This document shows positions 28,489 to 38,868 of a DNA stretch of 64,000 bases, one piece after another. The stretch comes from an uncultured Lachnospiraceae bacterium. Its GTDB lineage: Bacteria; Bacillota; Clostridia; Lachnospirales; Lachnospiraceae. How positions within the stretch are numbered: position 1 is the stretch's first letter; every line of letters begins with the position of its first letter. The DNA is taken from positions 13,844-77,843 of the forward strand of contig ONNQ01000008.1 in assembly GCA_900319245.1 (NCBI GenBank), given 5' to 3'. The notes below the pieces were generated by a model. It was not told the origin of the DNA, did not search any database, and saw only the letters and a list, made by a program, of their open reading frames with translations. A program made the translations under genes and the position numbers.

Positions 28489-30156
28489 ATGAAGACAAAG
28501 CGCCGCTATTCGCTCAGTTTTAAACTGTACCTTTTAATCATACTTCTTATCTTTTCCTGTTCCTGCGCGATCATCATGGCCAGCTACAGTGAACACGCCC
28601 GCACGATCGATAAGTTCTATCAGGACATGACGGAGAATCTTGCATTGACCGTCAGTGAAACGCTCGACGGTTCCAATCTCCGGCCAATTCTGGAGGCCGC
28701 ACACGACAGCGCGTATCAAGAAATCCGCGCGAAAGCTGTTTCAGAGCAGGACGAAGGCGCAATCCGGGACTATCTTGCACAGCACGATCTTCTTCAAACC
28801 TACGACGAGATCAGCGAGAGCCTGTCCCAATATGTTAAAAATATGGACGTCGAATATATCTACCTGGAGACCTTTGAGGACGGTCAATTCTGCAGACTCG
28901 TCGATCCCGATGACGGGTATTACGCACTTGGCCTCATCGAGGACCTGGACCCTCCTTTTATGCCCTACAGCGGCCAGAACCGTTCCATCCCTGCCACGCT
29001 CTCCAATACCGAAGACGGCTTGTTGTGGACCAGTTACGAGCCGGTCTATGACGAAAACGGAACGGCTGTGACGCTTGTCGGCGTCGACGTCAGCGCCGTA
29101 GGGCTTCGCCAGAAGCACCAGCGGTTCGCCCTCTTCAGTATCCTCAACGCACTATGCATCTCCCTGATCGCAGCCGCTGCCGGCGTCTTCTTCATGCGGC
29201 GGCACGTCACAGAACCGATCAAAGAACTTTGCACAGAGACAAGAAAATTCACGGACAAAAAGGGCCAGTATACCCTTAACGACGTGACCATGCTGCAGTT
29301 CCAAAGCCACGACGAGATTGAAGATCTCTACAAAGAGATCCGCTCCATGGAGCGAAAGATCGTCAGGTATCTGGACCATCTGATCGTAGTCACCGGCGAA
29401 AAAGAGAGGACCCGCACGGAGCTCAGCATCGCAGCGCAGATCCAGTCCGATATGCTGCCCAGCCAGTTTCCGGCTTTCCCGGACAGAGAGCAGGATTTTG
29501 ACCTGTACGCCTCTATGGCTCCCGCCAAGGAAGTGGGCGGCGATTTCTATGATTTCTTTCTGGTTGACGACGATCATCTGGCTCTTACCATAGCGGACGT
29601 CTCCGGGAAAGGCATACCCGGCGCCATGTTCATGGCTATCGTCAAATCGCTGCTCAAGAACAGCGTCGCATCGAACAAAGACATGGCCCCCTCCGAGGTG
29701 ATCGCCTCGCTCAACGACCGGATCTGTCAGAACAATCAGAGCGGCCTGTTCGTCTCCGTGTGGCTCGGCATCCTGGAGCTCTCGACCGGCACTCTGACTG
29801 CATGCAACGCAGGGCACGAATATCCCGTGCTGAGCCGCAAGGGCCAGCCCTTTGCACTTATGAAAGACAAGCACGGGCTGGTGATGGCAGCGGAGAGCGG
29901 GGCCTCTTACAGCGATTATCAGATTGTTCTTGCGCCCGGCGACCGGCTCTTTGTCTACACAGACGGCGTAGTGGAAGCCACCAATAAGAAGACCGAGCTT
30001 TTCGGAATTGACAGAATGATCGAAGCGCTGAACAGCGATCCCAAGGCACGCCCCAGGGAGCTGATCGAGGAAGTCAGCGCCGCTGTGGATGAATTTGTAG
30101 GCAGTGCGCCGCAGTTTGACGATATGACAATGCTGTCGATCACGTACAAGCCGTAA
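28489..30156 (+). CDS. Membrane sensor PP2C/SpoIIE-family (RsbU-like) Ser/Thr phosphatase with HAMP domain
   Basis: Two TMs with extracellular domain; EVGGDFYD, ADVSGKG, NAGHEYP, YTDGVVEA, QFDDMT. Confidence 0.92.
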   Translation: MKTKRRYSLSFKLYLLIILLIFSCSCAIIMASYSEHARTIDKFYQDMTENLALTVSETLDGSNLRPILEAAHDSAYQEIRAKAVSEQDEGAIRDYLAQHDLLQTYDEISESLSQYVKNMDVEYIYLETFEDGQFCRLVDPDDGYYALGLIEDLDPPFMPYSGQNRSIPATLSNTEDGLLWTSYEPVYDENGTAVTLVGVDVSAVGLRQKHQRFALFSILNALCISLIAAAAGVFFMRRHVTEPIKELCTETRKFTDKKGQYTLNDVTMLQFQSHDEIEDLYKEIRSMERKIVRYLDHLIVVTGEKERTRTELSIAAQIQSDMLPSQFPAFPDREQDFDLYASMAPAKEVGGDFYDFFLVDDDHLALTIADVSGKGIPGAMFMAIVKSLLKNSVASNKDMAPSEVIASLNDRICQNNQSGLFVSVWLGILELSTGTLTACNAGHEYPVLSRKGQPFALMKDKHGLVMAAESGASYSDYQIVLAPGDRLFVYTDGVVEATNKKTELFGIDRMIEALNSDPKARPRELIEEVSAAVDEFVGSAPQFDDMTMLSITYKP

Positions 30157-30287
30157 ATCCATATCACCATTACGATGACGTGAAAAAGCCTGCCCCGTTT
30201 TGAAGGGACAGGCTTCTTTATGATCGTACGTCTGACATAGCTGCCGCCGCTCTGTGCGCCGCAGATCTGAGATCTGACTTGCTCGGC

Positions 30288-30584
30288 TTACTCGATCGTG
30301 ATGATATCGGAAAAGCCGGTAATGTCAAAGATCTCCTTCACATCGCTGCAAAGATTTCTCACTGCAAATGCGCCGTCGGCTCCCATGGCCTTGCGTGCGC
30401 CCAGAACGACGCGGAGTCCCGCTGAGGAGATGTATTCCAAATTTTCAAAATCCAGAACCAAAGCCTTAACTCCTTCCAGGTTCTCCTTGATCGTAGTCTC
30501 CAGCTCCGGCGCCGTCATTGTGTCCAGACGGCCGGAAACCTTCAGTATCATCTGATTTCCTTCTGTTTTCTTATCGATTGTCAT
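30288..30584 (-). CDS. STAS-domain anti-sigma factor antagonist
   Basis: GRLDT..APEL, LEYISSAGLR, IFDITGF. Confidence 0.92.
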   Translation of the reverse strand: MTIDKKTEGNQMILKVSGRLDTMTAPELETTIKENLEGVKALVLDFENLEYISSAGLRVVLGARKAMGADGAFAVRNLCSDVKEIFDITGFSDIITIE

Positions 30585-30619
30585 GCTGCCTCCTCATTCA
30601 TACCCCGAATTACTACTGA

Positions 30620-31492
30620 TTACTCTTCAAAGAATACAACGCCGCCTTCATATTTCTCTGCGATGAAGTTCTTGATCTCCTCAGAGCGAAGAACTTCTAC
30701 CAGCGCTTTGATGCCCTCATTCTCTTCGTTTCCTGCCTTGACCGCGATGACATTGACATAGGTCTTGGCCGCTTCAGAATCGCTCTCTTCATAGGCCAGC
30801 GCGTCCTTCGCTGCGATGAAGCCCGCTTCAATCGCGTAGTTGCCGTTCATGACGGAAAATGCAACTTCATCCTTGACATGCGGGATCTGCGCAGCCTCGA
30901 GCTCCTTGATCTCTACATTGTGAGGATTCTCTGCGATGTCCTGCTTGGTTGCTGTGATGCCGGCGCCTTCCTTGAGCGTGATGACGCCGTTCTCCTGCAG
31001 CAGCAGAAGCGCTCTTGCCTCGTTGGTCGTATCATTGGGAACTGCGATGACGTCGCCGTCGCCGATCTCATCCAGCGAAGCCTTTGTGCCGGGATAGATG
31101 CCCAGAGGCTCATAGTGGATCTTGCCTGCCACTACAAGGTCTGTTCCCTTTTCCTCATTGAAGCTGTCCAGATACGGAACATGCTGGAAGTAGTTTGCAT
31201 CAATCTCGCCGCTGTTTACGACTTCATTGGGCTGTACATAGTCTTCAAATACCTTGATATCCAGATCATATCCTTTTTCCGCAAGCAGAGGCTTCGCCTG
31301 CTCAAGAATCTCCGCGTGCGGGATAGGACTTGCCGCGACGGTGATCGTAGTGAGCTCTCCGCCTTCTGCCGGCGCTTCTGCCTCAGCCTGATCGCCCGAT
31401 GCTGCAGGGGCGCTGCCCGATCCGCCGCAGCCTGCCAGCAGCGATGCGGCAATCACTGTCGCGGTAAGGAATGAAATCAGTTTCTTTTTCAT
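30620..31492 (-). CDS. metQ: MetQ/NlpA ABC substrate-binding lipoprotein
   Basis: LAGC lipobox, PHAEIL, DANYFQH, PNDTTNEARAL. Confidence 0.92.
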   Translation of the reverse strand: MKKKLISFLTATVIAASLLAGCGGSGSAPAASGDQAEAEAPAEGGELTTITVAASPIPHAEILEQAKPLLAEKGYDLDIKVFEDYVQPNEVVNSGEIDANYFQHVPYLDSFNEEKGTDLVVAGKIHYEPLGIYPGTKASLDEIGDGDVIAVPNDTTNEARALLLLQENGVITLKEGAGITATKQDIAENPHNVEIKELEAAQIPHVKDEVAFSVMNGNYAIEAGFIAAKDALAYEESDSEAAKTYVNVIAVKAGNEENEGIKALVEVLRSEEIKNFIAEKYEGGVVFFEE

Positions 31493-31564
31493 AATACTCT
31501 CCTCTCCTGAGTGCCTACAAACTGCACCTTCGCACCCGGCACTCCACTACCTCTATATTATCCC

Positions 31565-32227
31565 TCAAGCCTTCCTTCTGTCCAGTCGAGATGCAAGTCT
31601 CATGCCCACAAACTGGAAGATCTGCACGATTGCAACCAGAAGAATGACCGTAACGATCATAATGTCGAACTGATAGCGGTAATAGCCATACTGGATCGCC
31701 ACGTCGCCGAGTCCGCCGCCGCCGACGGTACCTGCCATCGCGGAGTAGCCCAGGATGGTCGCGAAGGAGATCGTGACGCCAACGATCAAGGAAATTCTGG
31801 CCTCGACGAGGAGCACCTTCGTAATGATCGTCCATGTATCCGCGCCCATGGCCTGCGCCGCCTCGATCACGCCGTGATCCACTTCCTTTAAGGAAGATTC
31901 GACCATTCTCGCGATAAAAGGCGCTGCTGAAACGACCAGCGGAACGATCGTAGCCGTAGAACCGTAACTCTTTCCGACGATCAGTCTGGTCAGGGGAATG
32001 ATCAGGATCAGAAGGATCAGGAAAGGGATACTTCTCATAATGTTGGTAATAATATCCAGCACTCTGTAGACGACCTTATTGGGGCGGATCCCTTCGCTAT
32101 CTGTGACGGCGAGAACGATTCCCCAGGGCAGTCCCAGTACATATCCAAACAGGGTGGAAAAACCGGCCATATAAAGGGTATTGAGCATTTCCTTGCCGAT
32201 CATCGCCCATGTCTCAGGACTCAGCAT
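31565..32227 (-). CDS. metI: Methionine ABC permease
   Basis: RSIPF.IL, GYSAMAG.VGGGGLG. Confidence 0.92.
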   Translation of the reverse strand: MLSPETWAMIGKEMLNTLYMAGFSTLFGYVLGLPWGIVLAVTDSEGIRPNKVVYRVLDIITNIMRSIPFLILLILIIPLTRLIVGKSYGSTATIVPLVVSAAPFIARMVESSLKEVDHGVIEAAQAMGADTWTIITKVLLVEARISLIVGVTISFATILGYSAMAGTVGGGGLGDVAIQYGYYRYQFDIMIVTVILLVAIVQIFQFVGMRLASRLDRRKA

Positions 32228-33263
32228 AGCCGGTCACCTCCTCTACGTCCAGGCCGCGCTCTTTCAAATAGTCAATCATGCGCTCCTGCAGGTCTTTGTC
32301 AGCGGGCAGTCCGAGGATCATCTCTCCTCTCGCTACGCCGTGTACATCTTTGGTATCTGCCTTGAGAATATTGACTGGCGTGCCCATGGTCAGGACCATG
32401 TTCGCGATCACCGGCTCGAAGGAAGACTGGGTTCCAAATACAATACGGATCCGGCGGTCCTCATGCAATAGGGACACGGTGCCGGGTGCCGCGGTCTCCT
32501 CCACCCACTCGTCGGGGTCCTTGCCCTCGATGATCAGCTGCCTTGCGGCGCGTGACTTGGGATGGGTGAAGATCTCTTCCACAAGACCGTTCTCCACGAG
32601 CTGTCCTTTTTCAATAATCGCGACATGGTTGCAGATTTCCCGCACAACAGACATCTGGTGCGTGATGATAATGATCGTGATGCCGGTCTCTGCGTTGATC
32701 TTTCGCAGGAGCGCCAGGATCGAAGCCGTCGTCTGGGGATCCAGCGCACTGGTCGCCTCGTCGCAAAGAAGGATCTTGGGGTCGCAGGCCAGCGCTCTGG
32801 CGATCGCCACTCTCTGTCTCTGGCCGCCGGACAGCTGGGCCGGATATGCCTTTTCCTTGTCCGCAAGGCCAACCGTGTTCAGAAGTTCTCTCGCCTTTAC
32901 AATAGCGTCTTTCTTCTTCACGCCCTGAATCTGCAGGGGAAAACAGATATTGTCGAGCACCGACTTCTGCATGAGAAGGTTGAAGCTCTGGAAGATCATG
33001 CCAATACTGGACCTGAGCGCTCGAAGTTCCTTGTCGGACAATTGCCCCAGCTCCTGGCCCTCTACCAGCACCTGTCCCTCTGTGGGCACTTCCAGATAGT
33101 TCAGGCAGCGGACCAGTGTGCTTTTACCCGCGCCTGACATACCGATGATCCCGTATATATCTCCTTTTTCCACCGACAGATTGATGTCTCTGAGGGCATC
33201 GACCTGTCCGTCTTTGGTCAGGAAGGTCTTGCTCAGATTCCTGACTTCCACGATCTGCGACAT
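32214..33263 (-). CDS. metN: Methionine ABC ATPase with C-terminal NIL domain
   Basis: [30 protein letters not shown]; AAGGAGG RBS before ATG 33263. Confidence 0.92.
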   Translation of the reverse strand: MSQIVEVRNLSKTFLTKDGQVDALRDINLSVEKGDIYGIIGMSGAGKSTLVRCLNYLEVPTEGQVLVEGQELGQLSDKELRALRSSIGMIFQSFNLLMQKSVLDNICFPLQIQGVKKKDAIVKARELLNTVGLADKEKAYPAQLSGGQRQRVAIARALACDPKILLCDEATSALDPQTTASILALLRKINAETGITIIIITHQMSVVREICNHVAIIEKGQLVENGLVEEIFTHPKSRAARQLIIEGKDPDEWVEETAAPGTVSLLHEDRRIRIVFGTQSSFEPVIANMVLTMGTPVNILKADTKDVHGVARGEMILGLPADKDLQERMIDYLKERGLDVEEVTGYAES

Positions 33264-33362
33264 GGATTCCTCCTTTTCATCACGGCTTTCCTGCAATGTC
33301 CGCCGTGACACGTTTTTGTCATAATATCAATTATATAACGTTAAAACACTTCCCGCGGAAAG

Positions 33363-34967
33363 TCAACGTTTCCTGCGCGCCGCTTTGATACGGATCCATG
33401 CCAGATATACGATCCCTGCTGCGACCGCAGCGGTGATCACCCAGCCCCACCACGGCACTCTTTTGATATTGTAGCAGCGCACGTTGATCCACATCTGGTT
33501 GATCGAGGCGGTCTGCGCTTCGTCAAAACACGTCATGATGGAGGATCTTCGCATCACGTCGTCGGGCGGATAGGCCGCGTACAGCTGCCGCTCCAGCATC
33601 TCCGGCGGCGCCTCGATGACGTATTCGCCCTCCTTGCCATCCTCGTCAAAAAAGTAGCCGAGATCATATTCCTCCGACTCCTCGTCCTCCTCCGCGCTGT
33701 AGTTGTACTCCGCATACTCGAAGATCGTGGGATCGTCGCCGCCGGAGATGACGGACGTGTAGCCGATATAGTACATATTGCGGACGACGTTGTCCGGCCT
33801 CGAGCAGAAGTTGATGAACGCCTCTGCTGCGTGCTGCTTGTCCGCGTTGTCCCGGATGCCGTTCTTTAACATGACCCAGCCGTCGAAGTAGATGTTGGTA
33901 CTCTCCTCGGGCACCGCGAACGCGAGGTCAAAATCGTCCTCGGCCGCCTGGTCCAGTGTATAGACGCCGTCGCCGGACCACTGGTAGTTGGCCACGACTT
34001 TGCCGGTGATCATATCCGCCTTGCCGGAGTCGGTCTCGAAGGAGTAGACGTTGTCCTTGATCTGCTGCAGGTAATCCTGCACCTTCGCGATCATCTCCGG
34101 AGACGTATCATTCATCTCGTCTTCCAGCTTCTGCGCGTAATCCGGGGCGCTCGTAAACGCCTCTGACGTCAGAAGATCCGCCTTGAGCGCGCCGACGGCG
34201 GCAAAATAGGAATCTCTGACGTTGTCCTTGATGGTCACCTGTCTGTTAAACTTGGTATTCTCAAAGATCTTCCAGGTGGACGCCTCTTCTCTTGACACGA
34301 TTTCCGGGTTGTAGACGATGCCCGTCACGCCCCACATATAACCGGCCGCGTAGCGGCTCCAGGGCTCTCCGCCGATCTCATGCTCGTCAAACACTCTTTT
34401 GATATACGGAGAGACGCCGTTAATATAGTAGTTGTTCTCGTCAGACGGGTCAAAAAAGTGCTCCGAGAGCGGCACTGTCTGGCCCTCCCGCATCAGCTTC
34501 ATGATCATGTATTCCGAGGGGCAGACCAGATCATACTCATCGCCCAGCGTGAGCATGTTGTAAAGGTCTTCGTTGGTGCCGAACGTGGAATACTCCACCT
34601 TGACTGGCCGTCCATAAGTCTCCTCGTACCACGCTTCAAAGTCCTTGACCATGGAGTTCTCGCCGATAATGTCGCCGGAATCGAGTTCAATGGTCTCCTC
34701 CTCGTCCCAGTCGCCCAGGTCGATATATTCTTCCCAGTTGCAGACGCGAAGAACCACAGGGCTCTTGCCTGCTTCTGCTGCCAGCGCCTTCAGGGGGCTG
34801 CCGATTGGGCTGCAGCTTGCCAGGGCGCTGCCGGCCCATGCGCCGCCGATGGTCCCCGCCGCCACAACGGCCGCCATCGCAAGGGCAGCGGCGCGGCGGC
34901 CGCCCGCACTGCGTGCATCCCGGGGGATGCCCCCCTTTAGCGCATCGAAGATACTCTTATTCAGCAC
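33363..34967 (-). CDS. potD: Spermidine/putrescine ABC substrate-binding protein with C-terminal TM helix
   Basis: NWEEYI, TNEDLY, YDLVCPSEYM, YMWGVTGIVYN, WSGDG; last gene of the pot operon. Confidence 0.82.
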   Translation of the reverse strand: MLNKSIFDALKGGIPRDARSAGGRRAAALAMAAVVAAGTIGGAWAGSALASCSPIGSPLKALAAEAGKSPVVLRVCNWEEYIDLGDWDEEETIELDSGDIIGENSMVKDFEAWYEETYGRPVKVEYSTFGTNEDLYNMLTLGDEYDLVCPSEYMIMKLMREGQTVPLSEHFFDPSDENNYYINGVSPYIKRVFDEHEIGGEPWSRYAAGYMWGVTGIVYNPEIVSREEASTWKIFENTKFNRQVTIKDNVRDSYFAAVGALKADLLTSEAFTSAPDYAQKLEDEMNDTSPEMIAKVQDYLQQIKDNVYSFETDSGKADMITGKVVANYQWSGDGVYTLDQAAEDDFDLAFAVPEESTNIYFDGWVMLKNGIRDNADKQHAAEAFINFCSRPDNVVRNMYYIGYTSVISGGDDPTIFEYAEYNYSAEEDEESEEYDLGYFFDEDGKEGEYVIEAPPEMLERQLYAAYPPDDVMRRSSIMTCFDEAQTASINQMWINVRCYNIKRVPWWGWVITAAVAAGIVYLAWIRIKAARRKR

Positions 34968-35757
34968 GGCTGCCTCCTTCCTGCCTCATGGCTCGCACAT
35001 TCATGCCAACGACGATCAGCACAACAACCGCGAAAATGACTGTGGAAAGTGCCCAGAGCGCCGTCTTGATGGTGGTCTGGGAGCCCTTGGTGGCATTGAC
35101 GACATAGGTACTGATGGTGTCGAACATCGCGGGTTTGGTGTACATCGCGATGAAATAATCATCCAGAGAAAGGGTGATCGCCAGCGCGAATCCGGAGATA
35201 ATACCGGGCACGATCTGAGGGATCACGATCTCTGTCAGTGCGGTGAAGGGGGTGGCACCGAGGTCCAGCGCCGCCTCATAAATGCTGGAGTCCATCTGCT
35301 TGATCTTGGGCATGACGGACAGGAACACGAAGGGCGCGCACAGCGTCACGTGTCCCGCTACCAGCGGAATGAAGGTCTCCTTACTGACGTGAAGAACAAC
35401 GACCAGCAGGATGCAGATGGAAAATCCGGTCACGACGTCCGCATTGACGACGGGCACCTGATTGAGCGACGAGATTAAGGTCGACATCTTTCTGCCGGAA
35501 TAGAAGGCACCGATGGCTCCCAGTGTTCCCAGAATGGTCGCGATCGCCGCGGACCCAAGTGCCAGGAAAATGGTTCCCCGGATCATCTCCGTCAGCTCCG
35601 GCGTCGTGAACAGCGTGACATAGTTCTGCATAGAAAAGCCACGGATCGCGCCAATCTGTGTGGCGCTGGTAAAGCTGTACACAGCGAGGATCAGGATCGG
35701 AAGATAAATGAACATCAACATGATGAACAGAAATAGACGTTTTACAATTTTAGCCAT
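34957..35757 (-). CDS. potC: Polyamine ABC permease
   Basis: YLPI..LAVYSF, EAALDLGA, SLDDY. Confidence 0.88.
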   Translation of the reverse strand: MAKIVKRLFLFIMLMFIYLPILILAVYSFTSATQIGAIRGFSMQNYVTLFTTPELTEMIRGTIFLALGSAAIATILGTLGAIGAFYSGRKMSTLISSLNQVPVVNADVVTGFSICILLVVVLHVSKETFIPLVAGHVTLCAPFVFLSVMPKIKQMDSSIYEAALDLGATPFTALTEIVIPQIVPGIISGFALAITLSLDDYFIAMYTKPAMFDTISTYVVNATKGSQTTIKTALWALSTVIFAVVVLIVVGMNVRAMRQEGGSRAE

Positions 35758-36542
35758 TACAGTAGTGCGCCTCCTCTCTCACCGTTCTCCTCCCCATTGG
35801 ATGTAAGGAGGGTGAAAAGGCAGATGATCGCAAGCAGGATCAGTGCGATCATGGATCCGCCATGCCAGTTGTAAGCCGAGAAGTAGCTTCCGATCAGGCT
35901 GCCCATGATGTAGGTGCTGTTATACAGCATATCCAGGACCACGTAGTTGGTCATGGCCGGCAGGAACACCATGGAAACGCCGCTGACGATACCCGGCACC
36001 GACAGGGGCAGTGTGACCTGCAAAAAGGTCTGCACCTTGTCCGCTCCGAGGTCCATGGCCGCCTCACGAAGCGATCCGTCGAGCTTGGACAGCGTCGTGT
36101 ATATGGGCAGGATCATAAAGGGCAGGAAGTCATAGGTGATACCGATCACCGCGTTCAGGAACGGATAGCGGGCCAGATTACCCTCCAGCAGCGTCAGCAC
36201 TTCCTTGAGCGCCGTGATGCGCAGCGAGAAGTTGATCCACATGGGGAGCACGAAGACCATGACGATGACGGACTTGGTCTTGAGCTCGCTCATGGCCAAA
36301 ATATAGGCGATCGGGTAAGCCAACAGCAGGCAGACCGCTGTTGTGACAAAGGCCACCGCCAGACTGTAGAACAGTGTTCCCAGCGTGTTGGCATCGGTGA
36401 AGAAGCCAACCAGGTTATCGAGCGTGAACTGTCCCTGGCCGTTCGTAAACGCGTAGAAGAACAAAACGACCAACGGCGCCACGACAAAGAACAGCAGGAA
36501 TACGACATATGGGATTCCCAGATTTTTTCTTGAAAACTGCAA
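35757..36542 (-). CDS. potB: Polyamine ABC permease (probable TTG start)
   Basis: LPMWIN, FLPFMILPIY, EAAMDLGA; GGAGG before TTG. Confidence 0.88.
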   Translation of the reverse strand: MQFSRKNLGIPYVVFLLFFVVAPLVVLFFYAFTNGQGQFTLDNLVGFFTDANTLGTLFYSLAVAFVTTAVCLLLAYPIAYILAMSELKTKSVIVMVFVLPMWINFSLRITALKEVLTLLEGNLARYPFLNAVIGITYDFLPFMILPIYTTLSKLDGSLREAAMDLGADKVQTFLQVTLPLSVPGIVSGVSMVFLPAMTNYVVLDMLYNSTYIMGSLIGSYFSAYNWHGGSMIALILLAIICLFTLLTSNGEENGERGGALL

Positions 36543-36566
36543 CGTTATACCTCCGTCACTCAACGC

Positions 36567-38024
36567 TTATTTCTTCTTGAGCGTAAACGTCATCTTGTCG
36601 ACAGGCATCATGAGACCGACGCGGTCTCCCATATTCCACAGGTATTCGTCATCGACGACAAAATCCTGCTCCAGCTCTGTGTGGATAATGTAGCTGTAGT
36701 GGTCGCCCTTGTAGATCAGGTTGCTGATCGTGCCGTTGATCAGGCCGGCATTCTGGTCATCCGTCATCTCGATGTCATCCGGCTTGATCGCGACCTGGAT
36801 GCGCATACGGACAGGATCGATGGCCTCACCACTTGCATCCTGCACGGTGCCATCCTCGCGCCTGCTGCTGCCCTTGATGATCTTGGTGACGCTGGTATCG
36901 AGAACGTGGTCGTTGTATTCCAGCCTGTAATCCTTATTGATGTCGACAAAGAACAGATTGGTGTGGTCCTCTGCAAGCATAATATGGATGTTGTCGGGCT
37001 CTACGCGGATGCCGACCTTGTCGCCGGGCTTGGCCACGTGGACAGACTGACATACGATCTCGTTTTTGCCAGACAGGACCGTAATCTCGTAGTGGATTCC
37101 CTTGAAAATGACAGAATCCACTACGCCCTGGATCACGCCGTCCTCCGGCTTTGTGAGCTCCACGTCCTCGGGGCGCACGACCGCCGTGATGTGAGTGCCT
37201 TCCTCATAGTCATCCACGCATGTGAACTCGCCGCCGCAGAATCTGGCGCGCAGCTTTCCGGTCATCATGCCGTTAAAGATATTACTCTCTCCGATAAAGT
37301 CCGCAACGAAGGCGTTCTTGGGCTCATTGTAGATGTCCTCGGGCGTGCCGATCTGCTGGATCTTTCCCTCGTTCATGACAACGATCTTGTCGGACATGGT
37401 CAGGGCTTCTTCCTGATCATGGGTGACATAGATGAAGGTGATGCCCAGCTTGTCGTGCATGTTCTTGAGCTCGATCTGCATCTCCTTGCGCATCTTGAGG
37501 TCCAGTGCGCCGAGGGGCTCATCCAGAAGCAGGATCTCCGGCTCGTTGACCAGTGCGCGGGCGATGGCAATTCGCTGCTGCTGTCCGCCGGAAAGCGTGC
37601 TGACGCTTCTCTGCTCAAATCCCTCCAGATCGACCAGATCCAGCACTCTGCGGACCTTGCGCTCGATCACGTCCTTGGGAGTCTTCTTCTGCTTGAGACC
37701 GAAGGCGATATTATTGTAAATGTTCATATGGGGGAACAGCGCGTACCTCTGAAATACCGTATTGACGGGACGCTTGTAGGGCGGCAGATCCTGAATCGAT
37801 TTCCCGTTCAGAAGGATCTCTCCGCTGCTAGGCATCGAAAAGCCGGCGATCATGCGCAAGGTCGTCGTCTTGCCGCATCCCGAAGGGCCCAAAAGTGTGA
37901 CAAATTCCCCTCTCTTCACTTCCAGGTTAAAGTCATCGACCGCCGTATAGCCGTCTTCATAGACCTTCGTAATGCCCTTCAGCTCAATAATGTTTGTGTT
38001 GTTTTCCATTCCCTTGTTCTCCAT
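36567..38024 (-). CDS. potA: Polyamine ABC ATPase with extended tandem TOBE C-terminus
   Basis: [35 protein letters not shown]. Confidence 0.92.
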   Translation of the reverse strand: MENKGMENNTNIIELKGITKVYEDGYTAVDDFNLEVKRGEFVTLLGPSGCGKTTTLRMIAGFSMPSSGEILLNGKSIQDLPPYKRPVNTVFQRYALFPHMNIYNNIAFGLKQKKTPKDVIERKVRRVLDLVDLEGFEQRSVSTLSGGQQQRIAIARALVNEPEILLLDEPLGALDLKMRKEMQIELKNMHDKLGITFIYVTHDQEEALTMSDKIVVMNEGKIQQIGTPEDIYNEPKNAFVADFIGESNIFNGMMTGKLRARFCGGEFTCVDDYEEGTHITAVVRPEDVELTKPEDGVIQGVVDSVIFKGIHYEITVLSGKNEIVCQSVHVAKPGDKVGIRVEPDNIHIMLAEDHTNLFFVDINKDYRLEYNDHVLDTSVTKIIKGSSRREDGTVQDASGEAIDPVRMRIQVAIKPDDIEMTDDQNAGLINGTISNLIYKGDHYSYIIHTELEQDFVVDDEYLWNMGDRVGLMMPVDKMTFTLKKK

Positions 38025-38051
38025 AAAACTGTTGACGGTTGCGCGCTGTAA

Positions 38052-38606
38052 TTAAAATTCCGGCGGCGTACTGATCCAAATGAACTTGGCCGGCCGGTTT
38101 CCCGGATTTTCAATGCGATGCTTCTGCGATGCCTGATAATAAAAGCTCTCGCCCGACTTCACATGATAGACTTTATCACCAAGATACAAGTTCAGTCTTC
38201 CGCTCATCAAATAGCCAAATTCCTCTCCGGTATGGGGCTTGTCCTCCTCCAGCGAAGAATGTGGCTGAATCACTACCAGCAGCGGCTCCATCTGAAACTT
38301 CTGGGCCATAGGCACGACCCACTGTTTGCTGTTGCCCTGCTCATCCAGCTTTTCAAAATACTCTTTTTCCGAGAAAACCACCTGTGTCTCTTCATCTTCA
38401 AAGAATTCCGCAGGCGTCGTCCCCAGACATTCGATCAGATCCATCAGCGTCACCACAGACGCGGACACCTGCCCTCTCTCCAGCTGAGATATAAAGCCTT
38501 TGGTGAGCTCCGTCCTGTCTGCCAGCTCCTGCTGGGTGAGACCGTTGCGGTTTCGCAGATTTTTGATCCTTCTCCCTATGTCCTTATTAATGCTGTCTAC
38601 ATCCAT
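38052..38606 (-). CDS. XRE-HTH/cupin transcriptional regulator (PuuR/PotR-like)
   Basis: LTQQELADRTELTKGFISQLER, PHTGEEFGY; first gene of the pot operon. Confidence 0.9.
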   Translation of the reverse strand: MDVDSINKDIGRRIKNLRNRNGLTQQELADRTELTKGFISQLERGQVSASVVTLMDLIECLGTTPAEFFEDEETQVVFSEKEYFEKLDEQGNSKQWVVPMAQKFQMEPLLVVIQPHSSLEEDKPHTGEEFGYLMSGRLNLYLGDKVYHVKSGESFYYQASQKHRIENPGNRPAKFIWISTPPEF

Positions 38607-38649
38607 CTGTACCGCCTTCCTTTCCGTCCTTTATCGAGTTTCATATGCT

Positions 38650-38749
38650 TTTAGTATTGACGGTCAATTTTAATAATAAACTGTAAATATTCTAATACTA
38701 AACTTTTCGGTACGATTCACAATTATACTATTGCTAAACTTTATGTCAA
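38650..38749 (-). promoter_or_regulatory. pot operon promoter with candidate operator repeats
   Basis: TTGACA-16-TATAAT on minus strand; three TAAACT copies and a TTTAGTATT/AATACTAAA inverted pair. Confidence 0.5.
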
Positions 38750-38868
38750 TTATTGAGCGGATTTTTCTAAAGAAAATATAAAGTGATTTGTCAGCTGTTA
38801 AAAGTTGACAATCACTCCCCTGCTGTCCTACATTGGAGTCAGATTCAGAACCGCCGGAGGACCTGAAA

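Noticed and set aside
33264-33362. S-box or T-box upstream of metNIQ
   Set aside because: Gap is about 100 bp with a single hairpin; no SAM-I or T-box consensus recognised.
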